NCBI RefSeq assembly: GCF_020745735.1
Contig: NC_083412.1
Location: 74,366,320 to 74,430,319 of the forward strand
DNA: 64,000 nt
Origin: Hemiscyllium ocellatum
Lineage: Eukaryota
Reading direction: 5' to 3'
Each line of letters opens with the position of its first letter. Position 1 is the stretch's first letter. The notes beneath the pieces were generated by a model that was not told where the DNA came from, did not search any database, and saw nothing but the letters and a program-made list of their open reading frames with translations. Of this stretch, positions 38,271 to 50,560 are shown piece by piece. A program made the translations under genes and the position numbers.

Positions 38271-40107
38271 AAAACAAAATTAATTATTCACAATTCTGCT
38301 GAGAAAGTGTGATAAAATAACATATCCACAAGCTCCCTGCTATTCAGCTGGGGTAGAACAAAAGATGTTGCAAAAATGAATGATATTCCAGAAGCGATAT
38401 CCTGTAGCTCGTAACAAAAATTAATAGGGAACGTGTAATTTGTTGGATGGGAAAATGTCTTAACAGCAGACTGTCATTAGTCTGCACTTTCCACCAGTTT
38501 TCTGTGGGGGGAAGGGGGAGACAGAGTTCAGCTTCTTGCATTCTGCCCCAATCTGTCACATGTCACTGATCAGGTTAATAGTCTGAAGAAAAAGCTATCT
38601 TGTCAAGGTAAACTAAACTTTCATCTTGACTAGATCCTATTCGAAACTAGATGTCAAATTGGCAGATGGGGGAGAAAAAAACATTTTAATGATCCATTCA
38701 ATTTATCTTGCAGAGCAGCTGCTGCCAGTTACTGGTGCTGGGCTGACTGACAGCCAGTACTTTCCAGTTAAATACACATCAAACACTGCCACTTTATTCA
38801 GGAGGCTGCCTGTGAGTTTAAAAGGGCCATGTTTGCCTTACCAGAAGGTTTGAACTTTATTTTGCATTGAGTTAACAACACAGTCAGTCTGCCAAATAAA
38901 GCAAAAGACTGACCTGAGTGCTAATCTTCATTGTGAAGTTATATCAAAGGAAGTGAATTAGCAAAACTATTGCCTGATCTGTAGGGATTATGAACATAAT
39001 TTGTCTTTTCAATAGCGTTCACTGCAGTAGACCTTCAGATGCTATATTTAACAAAGCAGTGCATCGCATTCAAAAAACCCTATGATTTCCTGTTTAAATG
39101 CTTAAAGTGCAAAGTGTACATAATAAGAGTATATAACTGTTGCAAAATCACATAATTTTTATTTATATCTACTTGTAGTATTAGAAATAAAGGTTAGCCA
39201 AGAGACGAGGTACAGGCTGCAGTTCATTCAAATCCTCTGTTTGAAATCATGCATTATAAAGACACATTTTTTCAAGATTATGATGTAGAATGCACAAGGG
39301 GCAGGAAGAACAGAGACAGTATGAACAGGGGCTGGAAGAGAAAGGGCTGTTCACACGAAGTGAATGGAGCACAGAGGGCATGGCATGCAGTGGTAGGGAA
39401 CACGGAGATGCCAGGGGCAAAGAGTGCAGGGATGAATTGTTCAAATCCAAAGTGTGGTTAGAGAAAGAGCCAGGGAGTGTAGGAGCTGAGCATTCAGTAG
39501 TAAGCAGTTGTAGAGTTTCACACTGAGTGTAGTTGGCAGGACATTTAGGGGGTGGAGGTGCAGAGATGGGACATGTAGGTGAGGGGCATTCAGGAAGCAA
39601 AGTGTGCAGGGTGGATTTTATGGGATAGAACCTTCATGGTGCTATGTGCCAGGGTGAGACAAATTGGGTTGGTTGGCAGGGATTAAGAGTAGAACATTCT
39701 GGGATTAAACATGTAAAAGATGTGTTCACAGGAATTGGGATATTGTAGAAAGTGATGCATTTAGGTAGTGGTGGGCAGTCCAGGGCATATTCTGCAAATT
39801 CCTGTTCATGTGGTCACAGAGATAGTGGGAATCTGGAGCTGGGACCTCATTATTTTCAGATCCAAATGTAGTCAATGGTACTCCCTATGTATTGCGGAGC
39901 AAGGGAAATTAGGCACTGACTGAGGAGAGCCAGCATCTCTTAAAGGGGTCACACACTGTGGTTGCAGACAGCAGCTTACATTCTGAAAGGGGTACCATGA
40001 CAGCAGGAGCTCCATAGAGGGCAGCAAAGTGCTTTTGGTTCTCCAGACTGTTGGCTCAGGAATATTTCCAGAAAGGAATGGAAATACAGAAAGCCCTCGA
40101 CTTCAGA

Positions 40108-40202
40108 AAACAGTGGGAAGAGGTGTTTGAAGATATAAATGCAAAGGACTGAACTCCTGCGACATGTCTACAATGATGGAGAGGCTCAATGATCTAATTA
40201 GA
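40108..40202 (+). pseudogene. Decayed Myb/SANT-like DNA-binding domain fragment, probably PIF/Harbinger ORF2
   Basis: KQWEEVFEDINAK.*TPATCLQ*W-RLNDLIR (two stops and one frameshift) matches the W.E....VN......T..QC..K.NDL.R pattern. Confidence 0.4.
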
Positions 40203-40654
40203 CATGACTCCACATATACTGACAGTGACTCCTCACCGACGCTCCTTACCTTCCTACAAATGTTCGGAATCATTCATTCCACCTCCTCCTCCTCTTGCTC
40301 ACACACTGCACCTCCTACTCTTGACACTATGACAATCTGCACATCCCCACACATTACAAGTTGTACACCTTGTCAATAGTATGAAATATATTCCTCGAAC
40401 ATTCGCTTTATATCGGGCTGTTGAAGTCTTACCTGGCTGTTTTTGCTCATTTTGCCTTCTTTACTCTTCTCTCTCTCTTTCCCAATCCAATACCAACACA
40501 AAGAACTCTTCAAGTCCATTTTGGTACACAAAAAAAAAGCCAAAAACAAGAAATCAGGAGGAAGGAGGCACCTTAGAAAATAGACAGTTACTGAGGGGAT
40601 GAGCAGCAAGAGAGTGTGGCGATCCCCATGAATGGCATTGCATTAATCGGAAAT

Positions 40655-40935
40655 GGTGACATAGGGATGATGGCACTGGACTAGTAATCCAGACCCCAAG
40701 CTAATGTCTGGGCACAAGTTCTAATCACCTCATGGCAAATTGTGAAATTTGAATTCAATAAGTATAAATTTTTTTAAAAGAGCAAGTTGAATACTGTGAT
40801 TATGGAACCAATGTTGGGTGTTGCCATTTAACTTATAGTTCACTAGTGTCCTTTAGTGAAGGAAATTTGCCATCCTTACCTGGTCTGACCTACATGTGAC
40901 TATATTGTAGGTGACACTTAATTGTCCTCTGAACA
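40655..40935 (+). mobile_element. tRNA-derived SINE, same family as 35850-36277
   Basis: cactggactagtaatccaga head and gttcactagtgtcctttagtgaaggaaatttgccatccttacctggtctg core. Confidence 0.7.
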
Positions 40936-40939
40936 GTCC

Positions 40940-41430
40940 TTGGTGTGCTGCAATGCCCCAGCGAATCACAGCAAAAACTGGTGGTCAACATCTCATCTTC
41001 AAGACTAGGCACTTGACAACATTCTGCTTGTAACGTTGAGTTCAACACCTTTAGATTGTGAACCCACCTTCATTCCTCCCCTTTCTTTTCAATTTACTTG
41101 TTGCATTGTCTGTCACCATGTCCTTTCTCCCCTCCCCCCCCACTCCAGTGGGACTGTCTGTTCTTTCCAGTTTGGGAGTTAGAGACACACCATTGTTCTG
41201 CTGTTCTAACATTCCAATCACTTAATCTGGAGTCTCAACATCCTTTCTCCCCCAGCTCTCCACTCCCTTCCAATTGCATAAATGCTGCCCTACCACATTT
41301 CACTTCAGCTCTGATGAAGAGTTGTCAAGAATCGAAATGTTAGCTTGCTCTCTCTGCATGGATGCTGCCTGTCTCGCTGTGATTTCCAGCATTTGTTGTT
41401 TTCAGTACAGATTCCATCATCTGCAGCAAT
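40940..41430 (+). mobile_element. Neptune-type PLE 3' fragment (GIY-YIG C-terminus, pyrimidine-rich UTR and pLTR)
   Basis: QHLIF-RLGT*Q....NVEFNTFRL* at ~40985-41060. Ends gatgctgcc...ttccagcatt...catctgcagcaatttgct. Confidence 0.75.
41307..41345 (+). ncRNA. Minimal hammerhead motif (Neptune-type)
   Basis: AGCU-CUGAUGA-agaguugucaagaauc-GAAA-UGUU-AGCU. 4-bp stem I, eroded stem II. Confidence 0.6.
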
Positions 41431-43577
41431 TTGCTCCCACACTTCTATAACGTCACGTTTACCTCCCCAGGACCCCTCTCCCCTGATGACACAATATTCA
41501 GGCCTCTCCTCACGGGCCCCCACCTGATCTCTCTCAATCTCTCGCTCTCTCAGTCTCACTCTCTGTATCGCTCACACATGCATGTACACACACACAGATG
41601 AAAATATACACCAATTCAACCGATATATGCAGACTCAATCTTTGATTCTCAGTCCCTGTTGATCTCTGATCCCTAATTTCTGCAGTGTTTGGTCCTCATT
41701 TGGTCTCCATCTCTCAGTCACCTAAGCTTCTACCCCATTTTCCTTGCTCCCAGAATCCAATCCCTCAGCCTCCGATCTCTACCTCACCCAACTCTCACTG
41801 TCCCACGATACCTCCCTTACTCCTCTCTCCTTTTCAGCTGCAGCTTGGTGCCAAAGCCCTAACCCTCAGTCACCCTCTTAGTTGGGCTGGCTGAAGCTGG
41901 AAAGTGGAGATGAAAAATCACTACTCATCAGATCCTGCAATCAATCTAAGTGAATCTGGAGTATGTTAGTATGTTATTGACATGCTTCCTGTTCCAAAAT
42001 GTTGCTAGTATATCACATTGCTACCTTGACTTGTTTAGCCATGAAATTGGTCTAACAGCAGATACAAAAGGCCAAACATCTATCATTCTTTCATCAGGAA
42101 CCTCCATGCAATACACTGCCAACTGATAAAACCCTTCCTCTTTATTGCAGTCAGACCAGATTGTCAACTTGAGCCCAAAACCATATCTGTCATTGTGTAC
42201 AGTAGTTGTCGGGCAAATTGGGAAATTTGTTACTGATGCTTATCGTTTTTCTTTATAATATGTTGTTCATCATTTTGTGCTATCAGCTGTAAACACAATT
42301 ACTGAGATAGCCCTTATGGCTCTTAGAGAGAGATGTTTAACTCTCTGCTCAAACTGTCAATAATCCATCTATCCTTGAATTCACAGGAAAAAGCACAACT
42401 GCACAACATTTTAGAACATATTAAATAGAAATATTTAAAAGGAAGTACTTAACTTTTCTTTTCCCTACAACTTTGCAATTGTTTTCACTTTGAGTAATGA
42501 TCCAATTTCCTTTTGAGTGCAACTATGGTGTCTATTTCTGCTACTCAGTAAATTCTACATTACAGTAATTCCCTGTGTGGAAAATATGTTTCCCCATATA
42601 GCTTTATATTGTTTCCTTTTGTTACTGAACAATGTTAATGGAAATAGTTTATCCTTACTTTCTTTGTTAAAATTGTTCCTGATTTTGAATACATTTTTCA
42701 AATTTGTTCTTAATCTTATACGCTCAAATGAGAACTATTCTAGACTCCAAGTCCTTAACCTTAGTCCCATTTCTTGTGAGAGGCACACATTTAAGTAGGG
42801 TTTGATAACGTTTGAGGAGACATTGTCTCCATTAGTGCAGTGGTTGATAATAAGAGGTCCCAGATTCAAAATAATTGGAAAAAGGACCAGAGGAGAGATG
42901 AAAAGTTGAAATAATCAGAATGAAGTGCCTGAAAGGGTCCTTGATGCACGTTAAGTATAACTATAAAAAGAAGCTGGATATATTATAGAGTTGAAATAAA
43001 GCAATTGTTGAGTATTAGGGAGAGGGAAAGGGAGTGGGACACATTATACAAGCATGTCAAAGAGGCAGCAAAGGTACCTTGTGCCAAACATCCTCCTTTC
43101 ATGATGTAAGATTCTCACTGTTGCTGCCTGGCAGATCACTCACTTGCTCGGCTATGTTCTACCTGAAATATATAATTCTCATTACATTCTTGTATATTTT
43201 GTGAAATTGTCTGATTTCATTTTCATAATAATATTTAGCTCCTTTTAGACAAGTTACTATAATTGCAGTAACTCGAGGCCTTGTTGCTTTTATTTACAAC
43301 AGTTGTAAACATTTTAATACATTGAACAATGATACAATTATCCATAATTCAACATTAAAACTGAAGATTGTACCTTCCCTAAGGAACAGACAAATTCTGG
43401 AATAAACAGTAATGACAGACCAATAACATTTACCTTTGAATTAGCATTAGTACTGTAATTTTTTTTCAGGAAATATGAAGAGTTTATTACAAGTGTAGAT
43501 AACTGCTTTTTGTGAGAAGATTTGTAGCTCGGGTGCTCATTGTTGTGGTTCTGTTCGCCGAGCTGGGAGTTTGTGTT

Positions 43578-43617
43578 GCAGACGTTTCGTCCCCTGTCTA
43601 GGTGACATCCTCAGTGC
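43578..43617 (-). ncRNA. Minimal hammerhead ribozyme with intact core
   Basis: GCA-CUGAGGA-uGUCaCCU agac AGGgGAC-GAAA-CGUC-UGC. Confidence 0.82.
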
Positions 43618-43877
43618 TTGGGAGGCTCCTGTGAAGCGCTTCTGTGATGTTTCCTCCAGCATTTATAGTGGTTTGTCTCTGCCGCTTCTGATTGTCAGTT
43701 CCAGCTGTCTGCTGCAGTGGCCGGTATATTGAGTCCAGGTCGACAAACACATCAACCTGGACCCAATATACCGGCCACTACAGCGGACAGCTGGAACTGA
43801 CAACCGGAAGCGACAGAGACAAACCACTATAAATGCAGGAGGAAATATCACAGAAGTGCTTCACAGGAGGCTCCCAA

Positions 43878-43917
43878 GCACTGAGGATGTCACCTAGACA
43901 GGGAACGAAACGTCTGC
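43878..43917 (+). ncRNA. Minimal hammerhead ribozyme with intact core
   Basis: GCA-CUGAGGA-uGUCACCU agac AGGGAAC-GAAA-CGUC-UGC, with one extra stem II mismatch. Confidence 0.8.
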
Positions 43918-44794
43918 AACACAAATTCTCAGCTCGGCGAACATAACCACAATAACGGCATTTTCCTGAAATTACCATAACTGACATCTTGAAACTGCGC
44001 TTCCCAATGGTTGCACTATTAATGCAGTTCATACTACGATGTAGTAATTTATACTTTTTTAATTTAAAAATCATGAACTGTAATTGCTGAAAAACTGGAT
44101 TTATTTTTCTGTGAGTAAGCATTCCAATGATTTTCGTTAGTTCAAAAGAACGATCTAAAATTGGTATGACTAGCATGCTTTTTGACTTTATATTTAGATT
44201 TCTGGCCAAACTATTTTATAAAGCATTAAAAATAGTGATAAAAAGCAATGTGCAAGCAAACATCCACTGCCTCGTAATATAAATGATGGGAGTTGGAATA
44301 TCTGTTATCATTGATCAACTCTATCCATTGCACTTTTCAAAATATGAGAGATAAAAAGCCATGCATTTCCTTTTTGAAGTACAACTTACTTACTAAAACC
44401 TACAAGAAGCCATCAATCCTGGCCAAAAAATGATGTCAAACTCGAAATAACTTTGCCCAATTAGAATTTGGGACTTTAACAGAAGCACAAATTCAACTTA
44501 ACAGTCAAATAATACGTTGTGTGTTTCATCAAATGATATCCCAATCATTATTGAGCAATACCTAGAGTGATATTAACAGGAGTGGTGATGTTGTGTAAGA
44601 TCTGCAATTGTATGTTGTACCAAGTGCAGGAGTCTGAAAGAGTTAATGCTATGGAGTGCCTTAAGCACCACCCACCATGATGATATATAGACTTGTTGGG
44701 AGAACATCTTAAGATATTTCTCATAATCTCTGTAACGCAGGAACATAAGAGCCAGAGTAGGCCATTCAGCCTCTCAAGCTTTGTTTAAATTCAA

Positions 44795-46140
44795 AAATGG
44801 GATGTGGGCATCATTAGCTGGCCAGCATTTATTGCCTGTCCCTAGTTGCCCTTGAGAAGGTGGTGGTGAGCTGCCTTCTTGAACTGTTACAGTCCACATT
44901 TACCCACAATGCCCTTTGGATGGAATTCCTGGATTTTGACCCAGCCATAGTGGAGGAACGACAATATATTTCCAAGTCAGGATGGTGAGAGGCTTTGAGG
45001 GGAACTTGAGATGATGGAGTTCCCGAGTGTCTGCTGCCCCGACCTTCTAGATGAAAATGGTCGTGGGTTTGTAAGATACTATGTAAGGATCTTTGGTGAT
45101 TTTCTGCAGTGCATCTTATAGATAGTTAACAGTGTTGTTACCGAGGATTGGTGGTGGAGGGAGTGGATATGGTGCCAATCAAGCAGGCTCCTTTGTCCTA
45201 CTTGATATCATTTGCAAACTTTGAGATGTTACATTTCATTCCCTGATCCAAATCATTAATTTACATTGTAAATATCTGGGGTTGCAGTCCCAATCCCTGT
45301 GGCACCCCACTAGTTACTGGCTGACAATTTGAAAAGGATCTGTTAATTCCTACTCTTTGTTTCCTCTCTGCCAACCAGTATTCTATCCATCTCAATACAC
45401 TTCACCCAATCCCACACAACTTAATCTTGCACAATAATCCCTTATGCTCATTCAAGTTTTGCTTGGACTCCTTGATGCCACACTTGGTCGAATGAGGCCT
45501 TGATGTCAAGAGGCATAACTCTCACCTTAACACTGAAATTCAGTATTTTTGTGCATGTTTGAACCAAGGTCAAGAGCTAAGTGACCCTGGTAGAACCCAA
45601 ACTGGACGTCGCTGAGCATAATAATACTGAGCAGTTGCTGCTTGATAGCACTGTTTATGACACTTTCCATCACTTTCCAGATATTCAAGAGTACACTAAT
45701 GGTGCAGTATTTGGCCAGTTTGGATTTGTCCTGGCTTTTATGTACAGGACATACCTGGACAATGTTATGCATTGTCAGGTTGATGCCAGTATTGTAAATG
45801 TACTGGAACAACTTGGCTAGGAGAGCAACAAGTTCTGGAGTATAAGTCTCCAGTACTATTGCTGGAATATTGTCAGGGCCCATAGCTTTTGCAGTATCCG
45901 GTTCTTCCAACTCTTTCTGATTATGATGTGGATTGAATTGAACTGGCTGTAAAGCTGGGGCCCACTGGAGGAGGCTGAGATGGGTCATTCACCTGCCACT
46001 TCTGGCTGAAAGTTGTTGCGAATGCTTCAGCCTTATATTTTACATTAATGTGTTGATCTCTTCCTTCATTGAGGATGAGGATATTTGTCGAATCTTCTCC
46101 TCTCATGAATTGTCTAATTGTCCACCACCATTCATGCCTG
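44795..46140 (-). mobile_element. Family-B CR1/L2-group LINE fragments interleaved with CR1 pieces
   Basis: ORF 45527..45988 KAMGPDNIPAIVLE...PEL..LLAKLFQY..NTG...VCPVHKSQDKS..AKY..IS...QFGF.QGH. Confidence 0.8.
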
Positions 46141-46419
46141 CTCTGGCGATTCTATATCACAGTTAACCATTTACTTCAATGCTATGCCTCTATATTGTTC
46201 CTGTACCCCTTGATGTTATTTGTAATTACAAATCTGTGATTTTTTGGTCTTGAACTTAATTATTGAGCTTTCAAACATTTATGACCTTCTGAGCAAAGAC
46301 ATTCTTAGTTGTCATCTTGAATTTTATTCTGAAATGTCGATCACATCAGTTCAATTTGTATCTAGTTACTGTCATGCAATAAGTTTCGTATTGCTTAACA
46401 CAAGTTGCTCTTCTCATTA

Positions 46420-46865
46420 GACCATTCTATCCGGATGCATCACAAGGTGGTATGGCAACTGCTTTTCCCAAATCCACAAGAAACCATAGAGATTCATGAA
46501 CACAGCCTAGTCCATCACACGAGCTGGCCTTCCATCCATTGATGCCATTTATACTTCCTGCTGCCTTGAGAAACTAACTAAAATGATCAAAGATTATACT
46601 GTTGGGCAGAAGACATAAAAGTTTGAATACATGTACAACAAGATTCAAGAACAGCTTTTTCCCTGCTAGTATTAGACATTTGAATGGACCTCTCAAATAT
46701 TAATTCTAATCTCCCTCACTGCACCTTCTCTGCAGCTGTAATACTGTAATCTGCACTTTGTTCTGCTACTCTGATGCATTTTGTATGGTACAATCTGCCT
46801 GTGTAGCTCGCACAACAATACGTTTCAGTGTATTTGGGTGCATGTGATAATAATAAATCAAACTC
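46420..46865 (+). mobile_element. Rex1/Babar 3' fragment
   Basis: cattctatccggatgcatcacaaggtggtatggcaactgc (ILSGCIT.WYGNC) and aataaatcaaa tail. Confidence 0.8.
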
Positions 46866-47256
46866 TAACACACTAGACTGAGCAGGCCTTGTAAATTACT
46901 ATTGGGAAAGAATAGTGGCAGCAAATCTAGCAGAGGGTTCAATTAACATGATAAGCAGTGGAGAGGCTTCATATTGTAACATGGTAGAAATGACTGTATT
47001 AAACTACTCCCTGTAACTCTGTCAGTTTTGGAGGTCAGAATATTGCCTCGGGCAAGCTTTATGAGGGCTGCTCATGCAGGCAGTTACCTGATAGAAGAGC
47101 TGAATATTCGTGAATCCTACAGAAAACAGCCTTCTGGCAAGACTTGACACAGCACAAACTACATCTGATGGTAGAAAGCACATCAGACCCAGTAAGAAAT
47201 GCACAGCAACAAGACTGAGCTAGGAACTCAGTTACACAAGACAGTAATAGATTGCA

Positions 47257-47326
47257 GTCGAGCAGTGTGGTGCTGGAAAAGCACAGCAGGTCAGGCAGCA
47301 TACTTGGATGTCCTCACTTTCTCCTT
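47257..47326. mobile_element. 70-bp Neptune-type pLTR chimera with TSD
   Basis: gtgtggtgctggaaaagcacagcaggtcaggcagcat is fused to the opposite-strand tail gtcctcactttctcct. TSD gtaatagattgca and gtaataggttgca (12/13). Confidence 0.75.
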
Positions 47327-48179
47327 GTAATAGGTTGCATCAATTGTCAATCATCTGTAGGATTGGTTGCAAGTTCAGTTGGAAAGTAAGCAGATATCGA
47401 AGGTTCTATGAGTAATAGTTAAATTCATGGTAGACAAAAGGATATGTCTTTGAAAATAACACAGCTTTCAGGCTGGAGGATGTAAAGGTAACCAAGGTAC
47501 TTATGTGGAAGTAAGCGAAGTACTTATCGCTCAGATTGGAAGTCAGTGCCATAGCAAGTTAGTACAATGAGGCACAGCCTCAGCAAGGGAAATCAAAAGT
47601 CACAGAAGCAATTTCAAGCAAGGCATAGGATCCAGGAATGTCACAGGGCCAGAAGCAAAGTGATAAAGGGGCCATTTAGAAATTTAAGGAGACAATGTCT
47701 AATATAAAAACAAACTTAGATTATTGAGGAAGGGGATCTATTACTCAAATCACAGTAAAGGAAAGATGCATTTAGTGAAGCTTCAAATAGTGGGAATCAA
47801 TGAGGAAAAACTGTTAATGGAACACCATTAATTTTATGGAGCTGCAGAGAGCAGGATTCATTTGTAAAACTGTGAAGGAAATGGGAATCATGTACTGAGA
47901 CTGTGATTCATGGGGTTCATCTCGAAAGATCAAACAAAATAGTGAGGAGTGATACATTTTATTTACAAAAGGGAAAAATGATCTATTTTAACTGTAAAAG
48001 CATGAGAAAAGCTTCCAGAACAGCAGTATACAGTAGCAGCATTGCTATACAGCAGAGTTGAAAACCTTTATAGCAAGCAAGGATCAGCGTCGCTGGGTCA
48101 AAATCCTGTAACTCTTTCCTCAATGGCATGGTGGTTGTACTTAAAACAGATTACACCAGTTCAAAAAAACAATCCATTA

Positions 48180-49089
48180 CAGAGGAACCACCATTATGCA
48201 GCATTCAATTATCCGAATTTCAAATTATCCAGCAAGATTCTTGGAGTGTAGAGGAACAGAGGGATCTGGGTGTGCAAGTACATAGATCCCTCAAAGTTGC
48301 CACCCAAGTGGATAAGGTTATGAAGAAAGCATATGGTGTTTTGGCTTTCATTAACAGAGGGATCGAGTTTAAGAGCTGCGAGGTTATGCTGCAGCTCTAC
48401 AAGTCCCTGGTGAGACCACACTTGGAATATTGTGTCCAGTTCTGGTCACGCTACTATAGGAAAGATACAGAGGCTTTGGAGAGGGTGCGAAGAAGGTTTA
48501 CCAGGATACTGCCTGGACTGGAGGGCTTGCCTTATGAAGAAAGGTTGAAAAAGCTCAGAATTTTCTCTCTGGAGAGAAGGAGGAAGAGAGGAGACCTGAT
48601 CGAGGTGTACAAAATAACGAGAGGAATAGATAGAGTCAATAGCCAGAGACTTTTCCCCAGGGCAGGATTGACTGGTATGAGAAGTCATAGTTTGAAGATA
48701 TTAGGAGGAAGGTATAAAGGAGACATCAGAGGTAAGTTCTTTATGCAGAGAGTTGTGAATGCATGGAATGCGTTGCCAGCTGAGGTGGTGGAAGCGAAGT
48801 CATTTGGGACATTTAAGTGACTGCTGGATATGCACATGGATAGCAGTGAGTTGAGGGGTGTGTAGGTTAAGTTACTATATTTTACATTAGGATTAAGTCT
48901 TGGCACAACATTGTGGGCCTAAGGACCTGTTCTGAGCTATACTTTTCTATATTCAATGTTCAATGTTCTAAGATAGCAAGGTCCCAATGCTTGGCTAAAC
49001 TGTGTTATCTGGCATTTGGTTATCTGAACATTCGATTGTCCAACAAAATATTCCTCGCCCATGTCCTTTGGATAATTGAGGGTCCTTTG
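48180..49089. mobile_element. pogo/Tigger-type (Tc1/mariner superfamily) MITE, split by a CR1 insertion
   Basis: TA on both sides (48178-79, 49090-91). TIRs cagaggaaccaccattatgca and tggataattgagggtcctttg match at 16/21. Internal (g)attatccg repeats. Confidence 0.7.
48243..48970 (+). mobile_element. Young CR1/HER1 LINE 3' fragment
   Basis: Uninterrupted ORF2 C-terminus within ORF 48128..48820 (EEQRDLGVQVHRSLK...LYKSLVRPHLEYCVQFWS...FFMQRVVNAWNALP) and (ttcaatg)n tail. Confidence 0.93.
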
Positions 49090-49189
49090 TACCACCTTCT
49101 CAATGGCATTTAGGGATGGACAATAAATGCTGACCTAGCCAGTGACATCTACATCTCTTATGTGAATGAATTAAAAAAAAAGCTAAATA

Positions 49190-50560
49190 GTCACTTATGT
49201 TGGACAGCAGCAGTAATTATATTGCCAGAAATATTGAATTTCAAGGATAGACCAAATAAAACTCAATATTGTAAATTTTGGAGACAACAGTTCTTAAGAT
49301 GCTGTACTGCTTCCAATCTACATACTAGACAGAAGGTGATTGTATAAGTATACTTTTGTATGATTTGGAATTATAGCTGATGATGTTCTAGCTTGTCAAG
49401 ATGTGTAAGAAGAAACAGATACTTGTAATGAATTTCTGAAAGCCTTTGACAATCACTTTAACTGCTGGACAAAAAGAAAAGTACTGGAAAGAGCAAGATT
49501 TAACAAAAGAAGTCAGCATCAATAGGAATCCATCAATAGTTTCATTAATGACCTCTACACATTAGTGGAGATTTAAAGTCAGAATTCATATGAGAGTTGT
49601 TAGAATTGCTGAGTTGTCTTTGTCAGATTTATTACACTTAAACAAAGATGTGACTCTCAAAAAAGCCATTCAGATGGTGAGTAAAGCAAAAGTCAGGAAG
49701 CAGCACAGATCGATCCTAAGAGGAGAATCTTATCGCAGTAGATCAGCAGAATTATTTAGTTCTTAATGTACAAAACCCTAAAGATAAATGTGAGAAGCCA
49801 GAACAGCAAGGACCAGATACCAGATACTGAAAAATAGAGATATAGAGACGAGAAGCTGGAGTAGGCCAATTGACCCTTTGAGCTTGCTTCACTATTCAGT
49901 TTGTTCATGACAGATCTTCTATCATAATGCTATATTCCTGCTTTTTCTTATAACGTTTGATACCTTTAAAATGGGTATCTATCTCTCTATATTCAGTGTT
50001 TTGGACTCGACAGCTTTCTGTGGTAGAAGATTCCACAGGTTCACTATTCACTATATTAACAGTCCTTCTCAACAACGTGCAGCAAGGAAACCTCACAAAC
50101 CTGTTAATCAGAATAGGCATAGGTGAGGACTGCAGATGCTGGAGGTTAGAGTTGAGAGTGTGGTGCTGGAAAAGCACTGCAGGTCAGGCAGCATCAAGGG
50201 AGCAGAAGAGTTGACCTATCAGGATTCTCCTGCTCCTCAGATGCTGCCTGACTTGCTGTGCTTTTACAGCACCACTTTCTCGACTATTAATATAAATACT
50301 TTACTTGTAAAATAATGTCATTTTCAGAAAATCTGCTGAATTAGGACACATTCACAAAGCAACAAGAAATCAAATAGCTATCACATAAAGAAAAGGCTTT
50401 AAGAAAATAAAACTGTATAAATAGTCTTAGTGGAAATAAGTGATATGCATCCAACCTTATGACAGGAGGATATTTATAACAATGGGCATCTCACTAATTT
50501 TATACTTGATTGAAAGGTGAGTTCACTATGTTATCTAATGATGCACATTGCTTAGAAAAA
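49190..50560 (+). mobile_element. Decayed Ty3/Gypsy LTR retrotransposon gag and protease region, interrupted by CR1 and Neptune inserts
   Basis: Frameshifted WRQQFLR.CTASNL, KAFDNHF, VLERARFNKRSQ...ESINSFINDLYTL, VTLKKAIQM, and NGHLTNFILD before a decayed DTG position. Confidence 0.65.
50122..50285. mobile_element. Neptune-type foldback mini-element lacking the central hammerhead
   Basis: Arms ~50150-50212 and ~50223-50285 are reverse complementary. The spacer is gacctatcag. Confidence 0.8.

Larger units (their letters stand above)
43512..43951. mobile_element. Foldback Penelope/Poseidon-type mini-element: two head-to-head pLTRs forming a hairpin with ~200-bp arms
   Basis: Arms 43541-43743 and 43752-43953 have ~16 mismatches and no indels. 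The loop is caaacaca (8 nt). PLE tail is on the left arm only. Degenerate 13-bp TSD ataactgcttttt (43499-43511) and ataacggcatttt (43952-43964). Confidence 0.92.

Noticed and set aside
43663-44209. ORFs of 143 and 62 aa
   Set aside because: They are antisense read-through of the PLE hairpin arm into flanking DNA, with no protein features.
48128-48820. Longest ORF (230 aa) as a host gene
   Set aside because: It is a chimera. The N-terminus is read through LINE and MITE sequence and the rest is the CR1 ORF2 C-terminus.
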